A program made the translations under genes and the position numbers. Under the pieces are notes generated by a model, which saw nothing but the letters and a program-made list of their open reading frames with translations, had not been told where the DNA came from and ran no database searches. 64,000 nt of DNA from Eledone cirrhosa (taxonomy: Eukaryota), in assembly GCA_964016885.1 (NCBI GenBank), contig CAXHJY010001450.1, forward strand, positions 1 to 64,000, in the 5' to 3' direction. Positions within the stretch are counted from its first letter, which is position 1. Each line of letters opens with the position of its first letter. Shown here in pieces: positions 1 through 13,714 of the stretch.

Positions 1-107
1 CAGCCGTCGGGGTCCTGACTCTTTTCCTATTACCCACTCTACTACCTTAAGTATCGAGTACTTTGGTGCGTTATGGTCCACCTGGTTTCTTACCACACCC
101 TCTTTGT

Positions 108-170
<63 letters not shown>

Positions 171-256
171 CAAAGAAAATGTGGTAAGGAACAAGGTGGA
201 TCTAGCTGTCGAAACGGCCGGAGCTCAGCCGTCGGGGTCCTGACTCTTTTCCTATA
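1..256. mobile_element. Dispersed repeat family A (two partial, oppositely oriented pieces around a (TA)n tract); probable PLE-derived non-autonomous element
   Basis: CTAGCTGTCGAAACGGCCGGAGCTCAGCCGTCGGGGTCCTGACTCTTTTCCTATTACCCACTC... recurs at 9336-9527, 15185-15357, 15603-15818 and 48877-49008, usually as a fold-back and flanked by TA repeats. Confidence 0.7.
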
Positions 257-257
257 A

Positions 258-330
<73 letters not shown>

Positions 331-506
331 TGACAATGTGTGTGTGTGTGAGTCACAATGTGTTTGTGTGTGTGTGTGTGAGAGCGTGTGTATATATATA
401 TATATACAGAAACACACTACACTTATACGAACAGACAAACAGCTAGCTAGATAGACAGACAAATAGATAGATAGATAGATAGACAAATAGATAGATAGAT
501 AGACAA

Positions 507-552
<46 letters not shown>

Positions 553-734
553 CTATGTTAGTGAAAATCCTTTTATCGATGTCTACTTCCAAGATTGATA
601 TCTTAATTCTATTAAAGCTTGCCTAATTCCTTTTCCCACAGGTTGGAGATATTGTATACATTAATTGTCTAATCTGATATGGTTCAGTTACATATAACGA
701 CGACACCTTGATTCGGGTGAATAATGAAACTAAA

Positions 735-774
<40 letters not shown>

Positions 775-899
775 TGCCACCATAGAAAGACAAGAAAAAC
801 TAACAAACAATAAACAAAGAAACAAGGCAATTAATTTTGAAAGCAATCACGGGAAAGTAATATGTCGGCATGTAAAGTATTTCAGTTTACCTGATAGTG

Positions 900-1250
900 T
901 GTTTGTGTATATATATATATATGTATGTATGTATATATATACATATATATACATACATACATACATATAGATACATACACATATATACATACATATACAT
1001 ATATAAATACATACACATATATACATGCATATACATACATATATACATACATATACATATATATATACTTAGATATATATACATATATACTTAGATATAT
1101 ATACATATATACTTACATATATATATACATATATACTTACATATATATACATGTATACTTACATATATATACATATATACTTACATATATATACATGTAT
1201 ACTTACATATATATACATGTATACTTACATATATATACATATATACTTAC

Positions 1251-1295
<45 letters not shown>

Positions 1296-1357
1296 TATAT
1301 ATATACATATACATACATATATATATATACATATATATATATACATACATATATATA

Positions 1358-1389
<32 letters not shown>

Positions 1390-1416
1390 CATATATATAC
1401 ATACATACACTTACAT

Positions 1417-1460
<44 letters not shown>

Positions 1461-1560
1461 TCATAAACATATATACACTTACATACACACACATATATAT
1501 ATATATATACATACATAAACATATATATGTATGTTTGTATGGATATATATATATATATAT
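900..1560. repeat. (TA)n/(TACA)n compound microsatellite with recurring CTTAC interruption
   Basis: Directly visible. Confidence 0.95.
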
Positions 1561-1672
1561 ATATTTGCTTGTATGATTGTGTATGCGTGGGCCTGTGTGT
1601 GTTTTTGTGTGTATGTAATCATACTGTGGGAGTATGAAGGACGGCAAAAGGAAAATTAGGGATTCGAATGAA

Positions 1673-1716
<44 letters not shown>

Positions 1717-1791
1717 TATATATGTGTGTGTATGTATATAGATTGAGAGATAAAAAGATAGACTGATATTTTCTAATACATACATACATAC

Positions 1792-1845
<54 letters not shown>

Positions 1846-2108
1846 GCATATACATACATCTGTTATATTCGATTATGCATTATCATCACTAGGCCCCATC
1901 CATCAATAGTTACCACTTTCCCTCGTTCTATGGCCGTTCTACTCCACACCGCTTTTAATGAATTTTATCGTTATCTACCTTTACTTCAGCACTCTCTATG
2001 AAAGGAAACCGCATCGCAACAGTAGCGAAGCGTTACTAATATTAATACTTCAAAGCTTGTTCAGATTGCCGACAAATTCAAAGAAAGCCCACAAAATTTT
2101 CAGTAGGA

Positions 2109-2144
<36 letters not shown>

Positions 2145-2201
2145 GCGCGTGCATATATACATATATAAATATGATGTGATGGGGGTGGCTATGAATGTAT
2201 T

Positions 2202-2241
<40 letters not shown>

Positions 2242-2538
2242 TCCATCCATACATACATACAAACATTACTACATACATACATACATACATACATACATAG
2301 CAAGGATTAGTACGAGAAGAGTTTTAACGTGTTGGATTTTAGCCTTCCGCCGGAAGATAGAACAAAAGGGAGCAGCAGTGAGTATATTTGGAGGAGGGAA
2401 GGAAAAGAGATGATATACGAGAGTAAATAAAGGGGGCCAAACGCAGAAAAGTTAGATAGGAGAGAAAGCAAACGTTGTTGGGCATCTTGATAAGTGAAAT
2501 ATTCGGAACGAAGCTACAGTATTTAAGAGTTATCGAAG

Positions 2539-2539
<1 letters not shown>

Positions 2540-2573
<34 letters not shown>

Positions 2574-2590
2574 AGAGATAAAGAGAGATG

Positions 2591-2622
<32 letters not shown>

Positions 2623-2808
2623 GAGAGAAAGAGAGAGAGATAAAGAGAGAGAAAGACAGAGAGATAAAGAGAGAGAAAGACAGAGAGATAAAGAGAGAGA
2701 GAGAGAGAGAGAGAAAGAAAGAGAGAGAATGAGAGAGAATGAGAGAGTGATAAAGAGAGAGAAAGACAGAAAGAGGGAGAGAGAGAGAAAGAGAGAGAAA
2801 GAGAGAGA
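2540..2808. repeat. (GA)n-derived purine microsatellite
   Basis: GAGAGAGAAAGAGA... directly visible. Confidence 0.95.
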
Positions 2809-2981
2809 GTATGCTTATGTGTGTTTCTATGTACTGAGATGTCAGTGTATGGAATTCGTGACGCGTGATAGACCGTAAGTTTAGTAGAGGGGTTATTGTG
2901 TATGTATTATAATGTATATGTGTGCGTGTTCTCGAGCTGGTCAGTGTAGGGACCTGACAGCTGTGGGGTAAGGCTGACTCG

Positions 2982-3067
<86 letters not shown>

Positions 3068-3258
3068 TATGTATATATGTGTTTAGGCGTACATATAAGT
3101 AAGTTCGGTCAACATTATATGTATCTGTGCATACAGGTATACATAGAGACACAAGTAGAGGGGGACATGATGTAGTACAGGTAGAGAATGACAGTTGCAC
3201 AAACACGTATATATATCACTCTAGTTCTATCTTCCGATGGCATACCCCCTCTCTCCCT

Positions 3259-3310
<52 letters not shown>

Positions 3311-3350
3311 ATGATAATAAATGTGAAGACTCAAATCCAAAGAGGGCTCG

Positions 3351-3436
<86 letters not shown>

Positions 3437-3443
3437 ATAGATG

Positions 3444-3720
3444 TGGAGGCACGTGGCCTAGTGGCAAGGGTGTTCGACTTACGATCATAATGTCGTGGAT
3501 TCGATTCCTGGGCTGCGTGTTGTGTTCTTGAACAAAACACTTCATTTCACGTTGCTCCAGTATACTCAGCTGAAAATGAGTACCAGCAATAGCTGGGAGT
3601 TTAACCCTGCGATCGACTGGCGTCCTGTCCAGAGGGAAGTGTTATACTGTCAGCCGCTTCATGCCATGAAACCGGGATAAGCACCGGCCAAATGAGCCTT
3701 CTGGGTTAAGACAGACTTTA
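3444..3720 (+). mobile_element. tRNA-derived SINE, family 2 (near full length)
   Basis: A-box-like TGGCCTAGTGG and B-box-like GATTCGATTCC, then GTGTTCTTGAACAAAACACTTCATTTCACGTTGCTCC. Related copies at 15840-16030 (-) and 49338-49530 (+). Confidence 0.8.
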
Positions 3721-3723
3721 TAC

Positions 3724-3796
<73 letters not shown>

Positions 3797-3917
3797 GGGG
3801 GTGCAGGCATATCTGAGGGGTTAAAGATTTCGGTTTGTAATTGGAGGCTCAGGGTTCAACCACGCTGCGTCGCACCTTGTGCAAGTGTCTTCTACTATCG
3901 TCTCAAGTTGACCAAAG

Positions 3918-3964
<47 letters not shown>

Positions 3965-4018
3965 CGTTTCTGAATTTGTTTAGCAAGATTCTTTATCTGA
4001 AATCGTGTGTTGAAACCG

Positions 4019-4201
4019 ATATTGTTATACTTTGGGAGGGTCATGTTGCCAATAAACAACTATCTGGTTATGGAACCAACCAACCAGAAATTTATAAGTT
4101 TGTAGATTTGTAAATTTATAAATTTATAAATATATAATAAATTGAAGTGAAAGCAACTGGTGCGTGTGTTTCTTATTGGCAACATGACCCTCCCAAAGTA
4201 T

Positions 4202-4209
<8 letters not shown>
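4019..4209. repeat. 37-bp perfect inverted repeat element (arms 4019-4055 and 4173-4209)
   Basis: ATATTGTTATACTTTGGGAGGGTCATGTTGCCAATAA and its exact reverse complement. A diverged relative lies near 25450-25770. Confidence 0.85.
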
Positions 4210-4297
<88 letters not shown>

Positions 4298-4653
4298 CAG
4301 AGAGAGGGAGAGAGAGCTTTTGTGTGATTGTATGCTTGGTTGAGTGTAAAAGAGAAAGAGGAGTTGTGTGTTTGTTTGCCGTGTGTGTGTGTCTGTGTGT
4401 CTGTATGTCTGTGGACAGTTTTCTCACCACTAGATCGTTTGTATGTCTGTCTGTCCGCCTTTCATTTTACATGATTAAATGAGTTTCGCCCCCTCCGCCC
4501 AACTTCTCTCTCTCACTAAATAACACATCGGCTGTCGTCTTTTTTTTTTATTTTATTTTATTTTATATTTTATTTTATATCATTTTTATATTCGTTTGTT
4601 TCGTTTTATTTGCAGTCGACGAAATAATCCAGCCTTGCTATAGATTGACAAAA

Positions 4654-4704
<51 letters not shown>

Positions 4705-5095
4705 AATATATAAAAAAAAAGATAAATAAGAAAAAAAAAAGAAACACTAACCCCCCCCAAAAAAAAACAACTAAAAATAAACATAAGAAAAAAAAAAAGA
4801 AAAACTCTTAAAAAAAAAAAAAAATTAAAACACCTGAAATACACACTAATCTTGTTCTTCCTCTACACTGTTATAATTAGCGTCGTTATGATTATCATTT
4901 ATGATATCTAATCCCTGCTTTAGAGGGGGATTAACCGTATTTTTATTTTTTCCTTTAATTTATAAAATTATGTTGGCTATTTTTCTTTGTTTGTTTATAT
5001 TTATTTCATTTTCCTAGCTTGGGTTAGTTATTCGGTAAAGAACAATAAAAATTATGGATATTTGATCGCGTCTGTCCTTATTTTCTTCTTTTCTT

Positions 5096-5140
<45 letters not shown>

Positions 5141-5319
5141 TTTTGTAACAATTTAAAATACTATTATTATCTTTGATCACCGTGAGCGATGGAAATGCAC
5201 CGAACGATATCTTTTGTTAGTACAATTTACATTCCTGGTGAGATGAGAGATCGATATAAATGACTTCACAAAATAATTCTCTCCAGAATTGGTCAAGTTT
5301 AGACGAATGCATATCAGTT

Positions 5320-5640
5320 TGGCAGTATCGGTAGAGCGTCAGACAACATGCTTTGCAGCATAGACTTATGGCCCTTTGCTTTCTGAGTTCAAATCCTGCC
5401 GAAGTTAACTTTGCCTTTCATCCTTACGGGGTCGATAAAATAAAGTACCAGTAATGCACTGGGGTAATTACTGGCCTTGTGCCAAAAGTAGAAACAATTA
5501 TTATTTCTACAGAGTCGTTAGAGTCGGATAGAATGTTTTACGGTATTCACTCCTGCTCTCTGCTCTCGAGGTCGATAAAATAAAGTACCAGCAATACCTG
5601 GGATAATTGCTGGCCTTGTACCAAAAGTAGAAGCAATTAC
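5320..5640 (+). mobile_element. tRNA-derived SINE family 1 (one copy plus a partial tandem copy)
   Basis: TGGCAGTATCGGTAGAG (A-box-like), GAGTTCAAATCC (B-box), core GCCTTTCATCCTTACGGGGTCGATAAAATAAAGTACCAG, tail GGCCTTGTGCCAAAAGTAGAAACAATTA. Confidence 0.9.
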
Positions 5641-6880
5641 TATTTTTAACCCCAAATTCAAATCAGACTTAAGAGAACTTCGACAAAAGGTGCTCCAGCC
5701 CTGATCGTACTATCTATGTTTGGGGCATGGGCATTGTATTGTAAATTTAATATTATCCAATATTGCATTCCTTTTTCAAGGCGATAGAGTGTAATTTGTG
5801 GGATATTTGGTTGCTTGTTCTAGCAGATCAAGTGACAACTTAAAGACGTCCTTCCTATTTATGCTACTTAAGATATTTTTTTTTCTTTCAAATCCCGCTT
5901 GAGTTAATTTCGCATTTCATCCAGCCGGATCGATAAATAGACGCTACTCAATCACTTGCGGCGATGTATTGGATATAATCGATTTTACACAACACCCACT
6001 CAAAATATATCTATACGCCTGATTCTATTTTGCTGATCCTTAACATCGTTTTATGACAAAAAGCGATTGATTCTATAATTTATCGTATATGGCTACTTAA
6101 AAGCTTCTGCACAATCGGAGTTACTTTCTCTTATATTCTGTGTTCAAACTCCGTCAAACTAGATTTAACCTATCGTTGTACTTGAGTTGAAAAAAAGTGT
6201 TCCACGTTTGATCACCGCGTATTTTGTTGCACGTCAACTATTTGCCCATAATAGTGAGAGATGGGCAGATCTGGAGAGACGGAGGCAGTGACAGTGGGAG
6301 TTTGGTTCCTTTGTGTTCGGACTTGGTGTATATGTATATATTTCACAGACACACACTGACACTAATACTGAAATTATCTGAAACCAAACTGCCTGAAACC
6401 TCAACTATTACTACGTTGTCTAATGTTTCGTTCTTTCTCTTAAGAAGGGGGTGTATAGATTGAGGGTTATTTGGCTGCTATATCTAGCAGAATAAGCGAC
6501 TATGTCCAACGCTGCCTCGTTCGCTCAGCCTCGTTATTTCCGTCTTTTAATTTTTTAATTTCAATTCGTACCGGATGTCGCATTTACCTGTCATCACTTC
6601 CGGGTCAATATAAAATTGGTGCACAACTAAAAAACAAGAAATCAACAGAAACAAATACATTTAACAGATAATTGTTGTCTGAGACAACAACTACAACAAT
6701 TACTACAACAACAACTACAACAATTACTACAACAATTACTACAACAACAACAACGGTTACAAGAACAACTACTACAACAACAACTACTACAACATTGACA
6801 AAACCACCAAATTTACGGCCTTTCATGTTTTTATTACACTACTAACCCAACAGGAAATAATAAAAAAACGATATTTTTTC

Positions 6881-6920
<40 letters not shown>

Positions 6921-7177
6921 TTGAACCAACTATGTTTACGGTTAGGGTCAAAAATATAACTTTTAGGCATAAATACGACAGTTTACAGGACAACAGATGA
7001 GATACGAACTAGAGATAACAACAGAAGGAGAAATATTAACATCAACTATTTGACCAGAAATATGTGAAGAAAAGAACTTTGAGAAATTATATTTATATTT
7101 TTATTTTTTGAGAAATTATATTAATATTTATATTTTTAACTGTTGGTCAATCAATGATAAACATTGATGGCCGGCTA

Positions 7178-7530
7178 ATTTTTTTTTTTTTTTGTGTTTC
7201 ACCTATATATTTATTATTAAGAGGTTTATTTACAAAAGTTTATAACTTTGCCTATTAATCCGTATGGTGAGGAAATGGGGTCCCACGTGCTGGCCTCCCC
7301 ACAGCCCCGGCGGACAGGATGGAGAAGGCGTTTCCCCGGAGGACGGTAAGGGAGATGCGCTGGAAGAGCCATTCCAACTCGCGAGGCTCACACCTGCGGC
7401 TGGCCAGCTCAGCGCCTATGGTGGTCAATAGGGAGGTAGCCCTAGGGCCAAGAACACCAGAAGTCTTCACTGCAAAGGGCACGACCGCGAACCTGTTGGA
7501 GAGCGACCAGTACTTGGAGTATTTATAGAA
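7178..7530 (-). mobile_element. 3' fragment of a CRE-clade-like non-LTR retrotransposon (restriction-like endonuclease C-terminus, 3'UTR, poly-A)
   Basis: Minus frame KYSKYWSLSNRFAVVPFAVKTSGVLGPRATSLLTTIG...WLFQRISLTVLRGNAFSILS matches the KxxKY...PFAVETxGxxG...QRISxxxxRGNA pattern of CRE elements. The T-run at ~7178-7193 is the poly-A. GC-rich island in AT-rich surroundings. Confidence 0.8.
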
Positions 7531-7634
7531 ATAGTGAGTGCTTTACTATATTTTGGTAATATTAGGACATGTTCCTCCCCAAATATAACAATACATTATA
7601 ATATTCTTACGGTATAAATAATGGGTTCTTATAT

Positions 7635-7808
7635 AGGCACAATGCCAGCAATTTGGGGGAGGGGAAAGTCGATTGAATCTACCCAGTGCGTGACTGGTAC
7701 TTTATTTTATCGACCCCGTAAGGATGAAAGGCAAAGTTAACCACGGCGTGACTCTTTGCTGCAAAGCATGGCATCCGACCCTCTACCGATACTGCCAATC
7801 CACCGCCC
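7635..7808 (-). mobile_element. SINE family 1 copy
   Basis: Reverse complement of the SINE core: CTGGTACTTTATTTTATCGACCCCGTAAGGATGAAAGGC. Confidence 0.9.
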
Positions 7809-8836
7809 TTCTTACGCCATAAATAATACCACTGTATTCATCTGGGTTAAACTACACGAAAATCCCAGTTATTAATTCATGAACAAAACAACAATGTCCA
7901 GCAACGATCACAACAGCCATTACATACATCATTAGGCTGCAGCGTTTATGATAGAGAATATTATCATGCTTAACTTAAACATATATGATAACTAATATAT
8001 AACATGCGATATTGACAGTAATACAGCAACAACAGCAATATCAACATCAACTACAACATCACCAACGACAACAGCATCAACTACTACACACTCGCCAGTA
8101 GCGACGTCTGCAACAAAATAAATATGGCCGATGGCATATGTTACATCAACTACATTAGCGTCATTAGTAATAACAATAACACCACCACCATCATCATCAA
8201 CAACAACATCTACACCATCAACAACAACATCTACAACAGCAACAACAGCAACAGCAGCAACAACACTGCTCTTACTCGCACTAGGAAGACCACCAACATA
8301 AATACAACATTATCACCAGCATCAACAAAAACAACGACAATTATAGCAATGCTAACGTCAACCACCAACAGCAATACGTACAACAGTAAGAAGAACATCA
8401 ACAAAGTTAATAATTAAGAAAAAAAAACAAACTCCTACAACTATACAACAACAACAACAACAACACTACTAATACCAACAATGCTACATTGCATACACAA
8501 CCACAAGCAATAACAACACACACACAAAAATGTCATCATTGGCCACTAGTGAAATTTAATTACAGTTCTCTTAGCTCAACACACGACACTTCATAACATA
8601 TTGTCTATGACTCTTTTCTATTCATTACGATGTTCATATTATTATTTCATCCTTTTGTAATCAAGAGACAATGAATGCTGCAGGTATGAAAAAGCAAAGA
8701 AAAGCTAAAATGTTAAAATTGAACGGAGGCTATTAGTTAAACTACAGAACGATCACTCCTACTTTCCTGACAGTGACGACCATAACAGAGACTTTGAAAT
8801 AATTTCTTGATTTACATGATTACGTCAGCTTAGTTA

Positions 8837-8911
<75 letters not shown>

Positions 8912-9066
8912 TAGATAGACACATATATACACATAGATACATGTATGTGTGTAATACACACACAAACATACACACACATATATATATATATATAGATAGA
9001 TAGATAGATAGATAGATATATACGCATAAATACTTGTATATGTACACACACAAACACATATGTATG

Positions 9067-9114
<48 letters not shown>

Positions 9115-9208
9115 TAGGCACAAAATATATGCATTAATAAATACCTACACATACCAAAGTTACATGCATATATAGACACATACATACATACATACATATA
9201 TACATGCC

Positions 9209-9261
<53 letters not shown>

Positions 9262-9335
9262 GTTATATATACATTAGTTATATATATATATATGAATAGG
9301 GAGACACAAAGCAGGCTTATATATATGTATGCATA

Positions 9336-9527
9336 TATAACAAAGAAGGTGTGGTAAGAAACCAGGTGGACCGTAACGCACCAGAGTACTCGATACTTAG
9401 GGTAGTAGAGTGGGTAATAGGAAAAGAGTCATGACCCCGACGGCAGAGTTCCGGCCGTTTCGACAGCTAGTTCGAATATAGCTGTTGAAACGGCTGGAGC
9501 TCAGCCGTCGGGGTCCTGACTATTTTC
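9336..9527. mobile_element. Repeat family A copy with fold-back at GACAGCTAG/TAGCTGTT hairpin
   Basis: Minus-orientation body joined to a plus-orientation partial copy through a short hairpin at 9462-9486. Confidence 0.75.
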
Positions 9528-9563
9528 ACACATACACGCACACATATATATTGTATATATATA

Positions 9564-9595
<32 letters not shown>

Positions 9596-9734
9596 TGTAT
9601 ATATTGTATATATATTGTATATATTGTATATATATTGTATATATTGTATATATTGTATATATATTGTATATATAAAGTACCAGTAATGCATTGGGTAATT
9701 GCTGGCCTTGTGCCTAAAGTAGAAACAATTATAT

Positions 9735-9809
<75 letters not shown>

Positions 9810-10158
9810 CACACATATATAGACACATGATAATAAAGCCAAACAATATATACATATGAACACATTATTGGATGGCCGTTGACTCTCCTGAGTTTCTTTG
9901 CCTTTTGTCAGGGGGTCTAAAATCACTCTTCTCACCAACCAAGCTTGGTGCGGTCGTCGACGACCTTACCATGCGACTGTTTGTACTGGGTAACATGTTA
10001 TCAGTAAGCACTCGGGGGGCGACATGACATAACATACATACCTACCTTCATATCTACATATATACGTGCGTATTTGTAAAAGGTGGATACATTAGAGAAA
10101 AAAAACAAGTTTGAATAGAAAGCAAAGAAAAAAGGAAGCAAAACTTCATCAAAGACTG

Positions 10159-10199
<41 letters not shown>

Positions 10200-10239
10200 A
10201 CACACCCACACCACACACACATTTATATATGTTCTCCCT

Positions 10240-10279
<40 letters not shown>

Positions 10280-10358
10280 TCCCTCAATATATATATTTAT
10301 ATATATATATTCTCTCAATATATATATTTATATATATATATAGTGAGAAAGAAAGACG

Positions 10359-10394
<36 letters not shown>

Positions 10395-10775
10395 TATAGA
10401 TAGATAGATAAATAAATAGCTATCTAGTTAGATAGATTGATGTATTTTATACGATATAAAAGAAGTGATGAAACAAGGATCAAACATAAAAGAGTAAGAT
10501 CCATTCTTTCTCTCACCACTATCATAAAGAATGATAAAAAAATATCGTTGTGTAGAAAAATAAAAGCCAGAGAATATACTATGAATACATGTATATGAAA
10601 TGAGGAGCAGAACAAGTTATTAATGCCAACAGAGGATAGGTTATAATTGAATAGATTGATAAAAACATGGAGATGTAGGGCTGAGAATGTTTATGGCGAC
10701 AAAACATTTGACAGATGTTCGCATAAAATACCGAACTTCTAGCTATGGCTATATATGTACAAATGCATAGAAGTG

Positions 10776-10832
<57 letters not shown>

Positions 10833-10853
10833 GTATAAGTATGTGTATATATA

Positions 10854-10910
<57 letters not shown>

Positions 10911-11023
10911 ATACATATATATATGCGTGTGTGTGTGTGTGTGTATAAGTATGTGTATATATATATGTGTGTGTGTGTGTATACATATATATGTGTGTGT
11001 ATATATATATGTATATATATGTG

Positions 11024-11155
<132 letters not shown>

Positions 11156-11249
11156 TATGTGTATGTATATACAGTATATATACATACATATATCTATGGG
11201 TAAAAATATATATGTCCATCCACCATCCACCATTCACCATTCATATCAC

Positions 11250-11500
11250 AGCTTAATAGCATTAAAGAATAAAGTGTTATAATATGAATACCAGGCAAAA
11301 GTGTGTTTCAGACAACCGCTGTATCTGCCATTGTCAATAAGAACACTGAAGATAGTTTATGACACTCTTCTTCTTATCATGTCCACACTTATAACTGTTG
11401 CTTGTGGTGGTCATAGGATAAGCAGTATCTTATCATTACTCCCAGAACCACGGCGTGGACGCTCTGGTGTACTCTTTCCAATTGTGCAATGGTTTTCATT
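11250..11500 (-). pseudogene. Decayed LINE (L2/CR1-group-like) RT C-terminal fragment
   Basis: MKTIAQLERVHQ...LSYDHHKQQL*VWT**EEECHKL...LLP resembles LERVQ...LSYxxxLxxLxLxTLxERR...LLP; several in-frame stops. Confidence 0.45.
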
Positions 11501-11662
11501 GTATAAAAGTGAAAGGTTTTAAAAGTCTGTCGTGTTTGTCGTTGAGGTTTCTCCGTTCCTCTAAACCCCACTGTTTCGTATTTTATATAAACTCTCTTAC
11601 TGATTCCTTATAAATATACCTATGTATATAAATATAAATCTATCTATCTAACTATCTCTTTT

Positions 11663-11714
<52 letters not shown>

Positions 11715-11754
11715 GATATTAAATAAATGGAAACTATATTTATAAAACCATATT

Positions 11755-11820
11755 TATTTCATTATATATATTTCAGGGATATCATATTAAAAATATGTTA
11801 TGCCTTCTTCAGACAAAATA
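11755..11820 (-). ncRNA. Minimal type I hammerhead ribozyme motif, family HH-A
   Basis: Reverse complement of the 11924-11989 motif. Confidence 0.75.
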
Positions 11821-11923
11821 CAATATAAACAGTCTTATAAATAGATAGATTCGACATACCTTTCAACTTCGACTTCTATTTGAAAAGTTGATTTGGTATC
11901 TATTTATAAGACTGTTTATATTG

Positions 11924-11989
11924 TATTTTGTCTGAAGAAGGCATAACATATTTTTAATATGATATCCCTGAAATATATATAATGAAATA
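11924..11989 (+). ncRNA. Minimal type I hammerhead ribozyme motif, family HH-A
   Basis: Stem I TATTTTGT/ATGAAATA (with G-U pairs); core CTGAAGA; stem II AGGcATAaCATATT-ttt-AATATGaTATcCCT; GAAA; palindromic ATATATAT; AUA cleavage triplet. Confidence 0.75.
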
Positions 11990-12116
11990 AATATGGTTTT
12001 ATAAATATAGTTTCCATTTATTTAATATCGTAAATATACTCCAAATACTTGTTGAGTGCTTTTATATCAGTTATAAATATTTACTCGTTGTTAACCCAAC
12101 AATTTAAATAAAACTT

Positions 12117-12187
<71 letters not shown>

Positions 12188-12302
12188 ATGTATATAATGT
12201 ATTTAATGCGTAGAAATATCCATGATCCCCAGCAGACAACTGATTAAGGAAAGTTTCCTCCCGTTCATGCTTTCCTCTTATTCATAAGTGCACCTTATCC
12301 AG

Positions 12303-12366
<64 letters not shown>

Positions 12367-12630
12367 TAGGTATATATATATATATAAGTTATTCCGGGTT
12401 CAAATGACCTCCACCCCTCCCAATCCCCACCCTCTCCTACCACCAGAAAAGATATAAATACCACCATATTTACTTGGACAGTCAGCTTCCTGATGATTTC
12501 TCACGAAAGAAACGGGTTCTAGTCCTGTAGAAGCTTTTCTATATGAAATATATATATATACATATATATATAATTGAGTAAAATTACAGAAGGCCAGACT
12601 GGTGAAATTCCTTCAAAGATTTATTATAGC

Positions 12631-12879
12631 AAACACTATGTACATTTCAGGAGTATCGGTAGAGGGTCGGACGCCATGCTTTCCAGCATAGTTACGTCCC
12701 TTTATGATCTGAGTTCAAATCCCGCCGAGGTTGACTTTGCCTTTCATCCTTACGGGGTCGATAAAATAAAGTACCAGTAATGCACTGGGTGATTGCTGGC
12801 CTTGTGCCTAAAGTAGAAACAACTATGTACATTTCAGTGACCAAATTCCGTAAGATCCTGGTGACATCATCAGTTGTTT
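12631..12879 (-). ncRNA. Hammerhead motif family HH-C variant, disrupted by a SINE insertion
   Basis: Removing the SINE gives, on the minus strand, AAACAA-CTGATGA-TGTCACCAGG...TTTGGTCACT-GAAA-TGTACAT-A-GTGTTT; palindrome ATGTACAT. Confidence 0.6.
12651..12821 (+). mobile_element. SINE family 1 copy with 16-bp target-site duplication
   Basis: ACTATGTACATTTCAG at 12635-12650 and 12822-12837 flanks the SINE. Confidence 0.92.
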
Positions 12880-13332
12880 ATTGCATAAAAGTTATATAAT
12901 ACAGGAATAATGGTAAACACAATCCAAGAGGCGAAAAAATCTGTTTTTGACTCGAAGGCGGTCATGGCCAGTTGTCAGTTTGGCTGACCACCTTATATAT
13001 ATATTCATTACGTTAAGGGTAAACAGTGATCCTTGTCCCCTGTATATCAAGGGGAGATCAGGCAAGAACGCTCGGAGATCTTTTGACTAATGGCATGGAA
13101 AGACACTCGGTTTGTAGAGCACTCTAGGCACACACCCACCCATACACACACACACATATATATATATATAAAGTAGTAATAATATAGTTTCAGAAGATCC
13201 CGTTAAGGGTGAAAGCAGCAATTCTTTGCTTAAACTATAATCTGTTATTTTAATATATATATATTTAAAAAAATATATATATATATAAAATAACAGTAGG
13301 CTGGACTAGAGTAATTCCTTAAAAGGTTTATT

Positions 13333-13390
13333 ATACTATGATCATTTCAATGACCGGGTTCAGTATGAATCCGGTGACATCATCAGGTAT
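13333..13390 (-). ncRNA. Minimal type I hammerhead ribozyme motif, family HH-C
   Basis: Minus strand: ATAC-CTGATGA-TGtcACCGGaTTCA-tac-TGAAcCCGGTCAtt-GAAA-TGATCAT-A-GTAT. Stem I ATAC/GTAT, palindrome ATGATCAT, AUA triplet; the stem II closing pair is non-canonical. Confidence 0.72.
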
Positions 13391-13714
13391 TAGAAATATA
13401 ACAAAGGAATATAATAGACAAAATCCATGGGGCTGAAAAATCAGAGACATAAGGGCAACCGAACAATTAGCATCTTCTATCACGATCGGCCGCCCTCAAT
13501 AATATTACATCGAGGTTGACATACGGAATGACCAGTTCAATCCAGCGGTGAACCAACAAACCTAAATATATATATATATATATATATATGTAGGAGGTGA
13601 GTTTTATTGTAGTACAATAAAGCAATGCAGATATCGGATAAGAAGCACTCTACAGTTTGTAGGACTGGAGTATGCATAATATAAGATCAAAAGATGGTTA
13701 AAGGAGTTCCATGT

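Larger units (their letters stand above)
11712..12032. repeat. 136-bp inverted repeat (arms 11712-11847 and 11897-12032) of hammerhead element family HH-A
   Basis: Arms are reverse complements; the element continues to ~12120 and is bounded by (TA)n on both sides. Confidence 0.9.

Noticed and set aside
3444-3520. tRNA genes at SINE heads
   Set aside because: A/B boxes are present but there is no complete cloverleaf, and they continue into SINE bodies.
12485-12525. Hammerhead-like CTGATGA-TTTC-tcac-GAAA-GAAACGGGTT
   Set aside because: No stem I pairing found; single copy. Possibly a relic.
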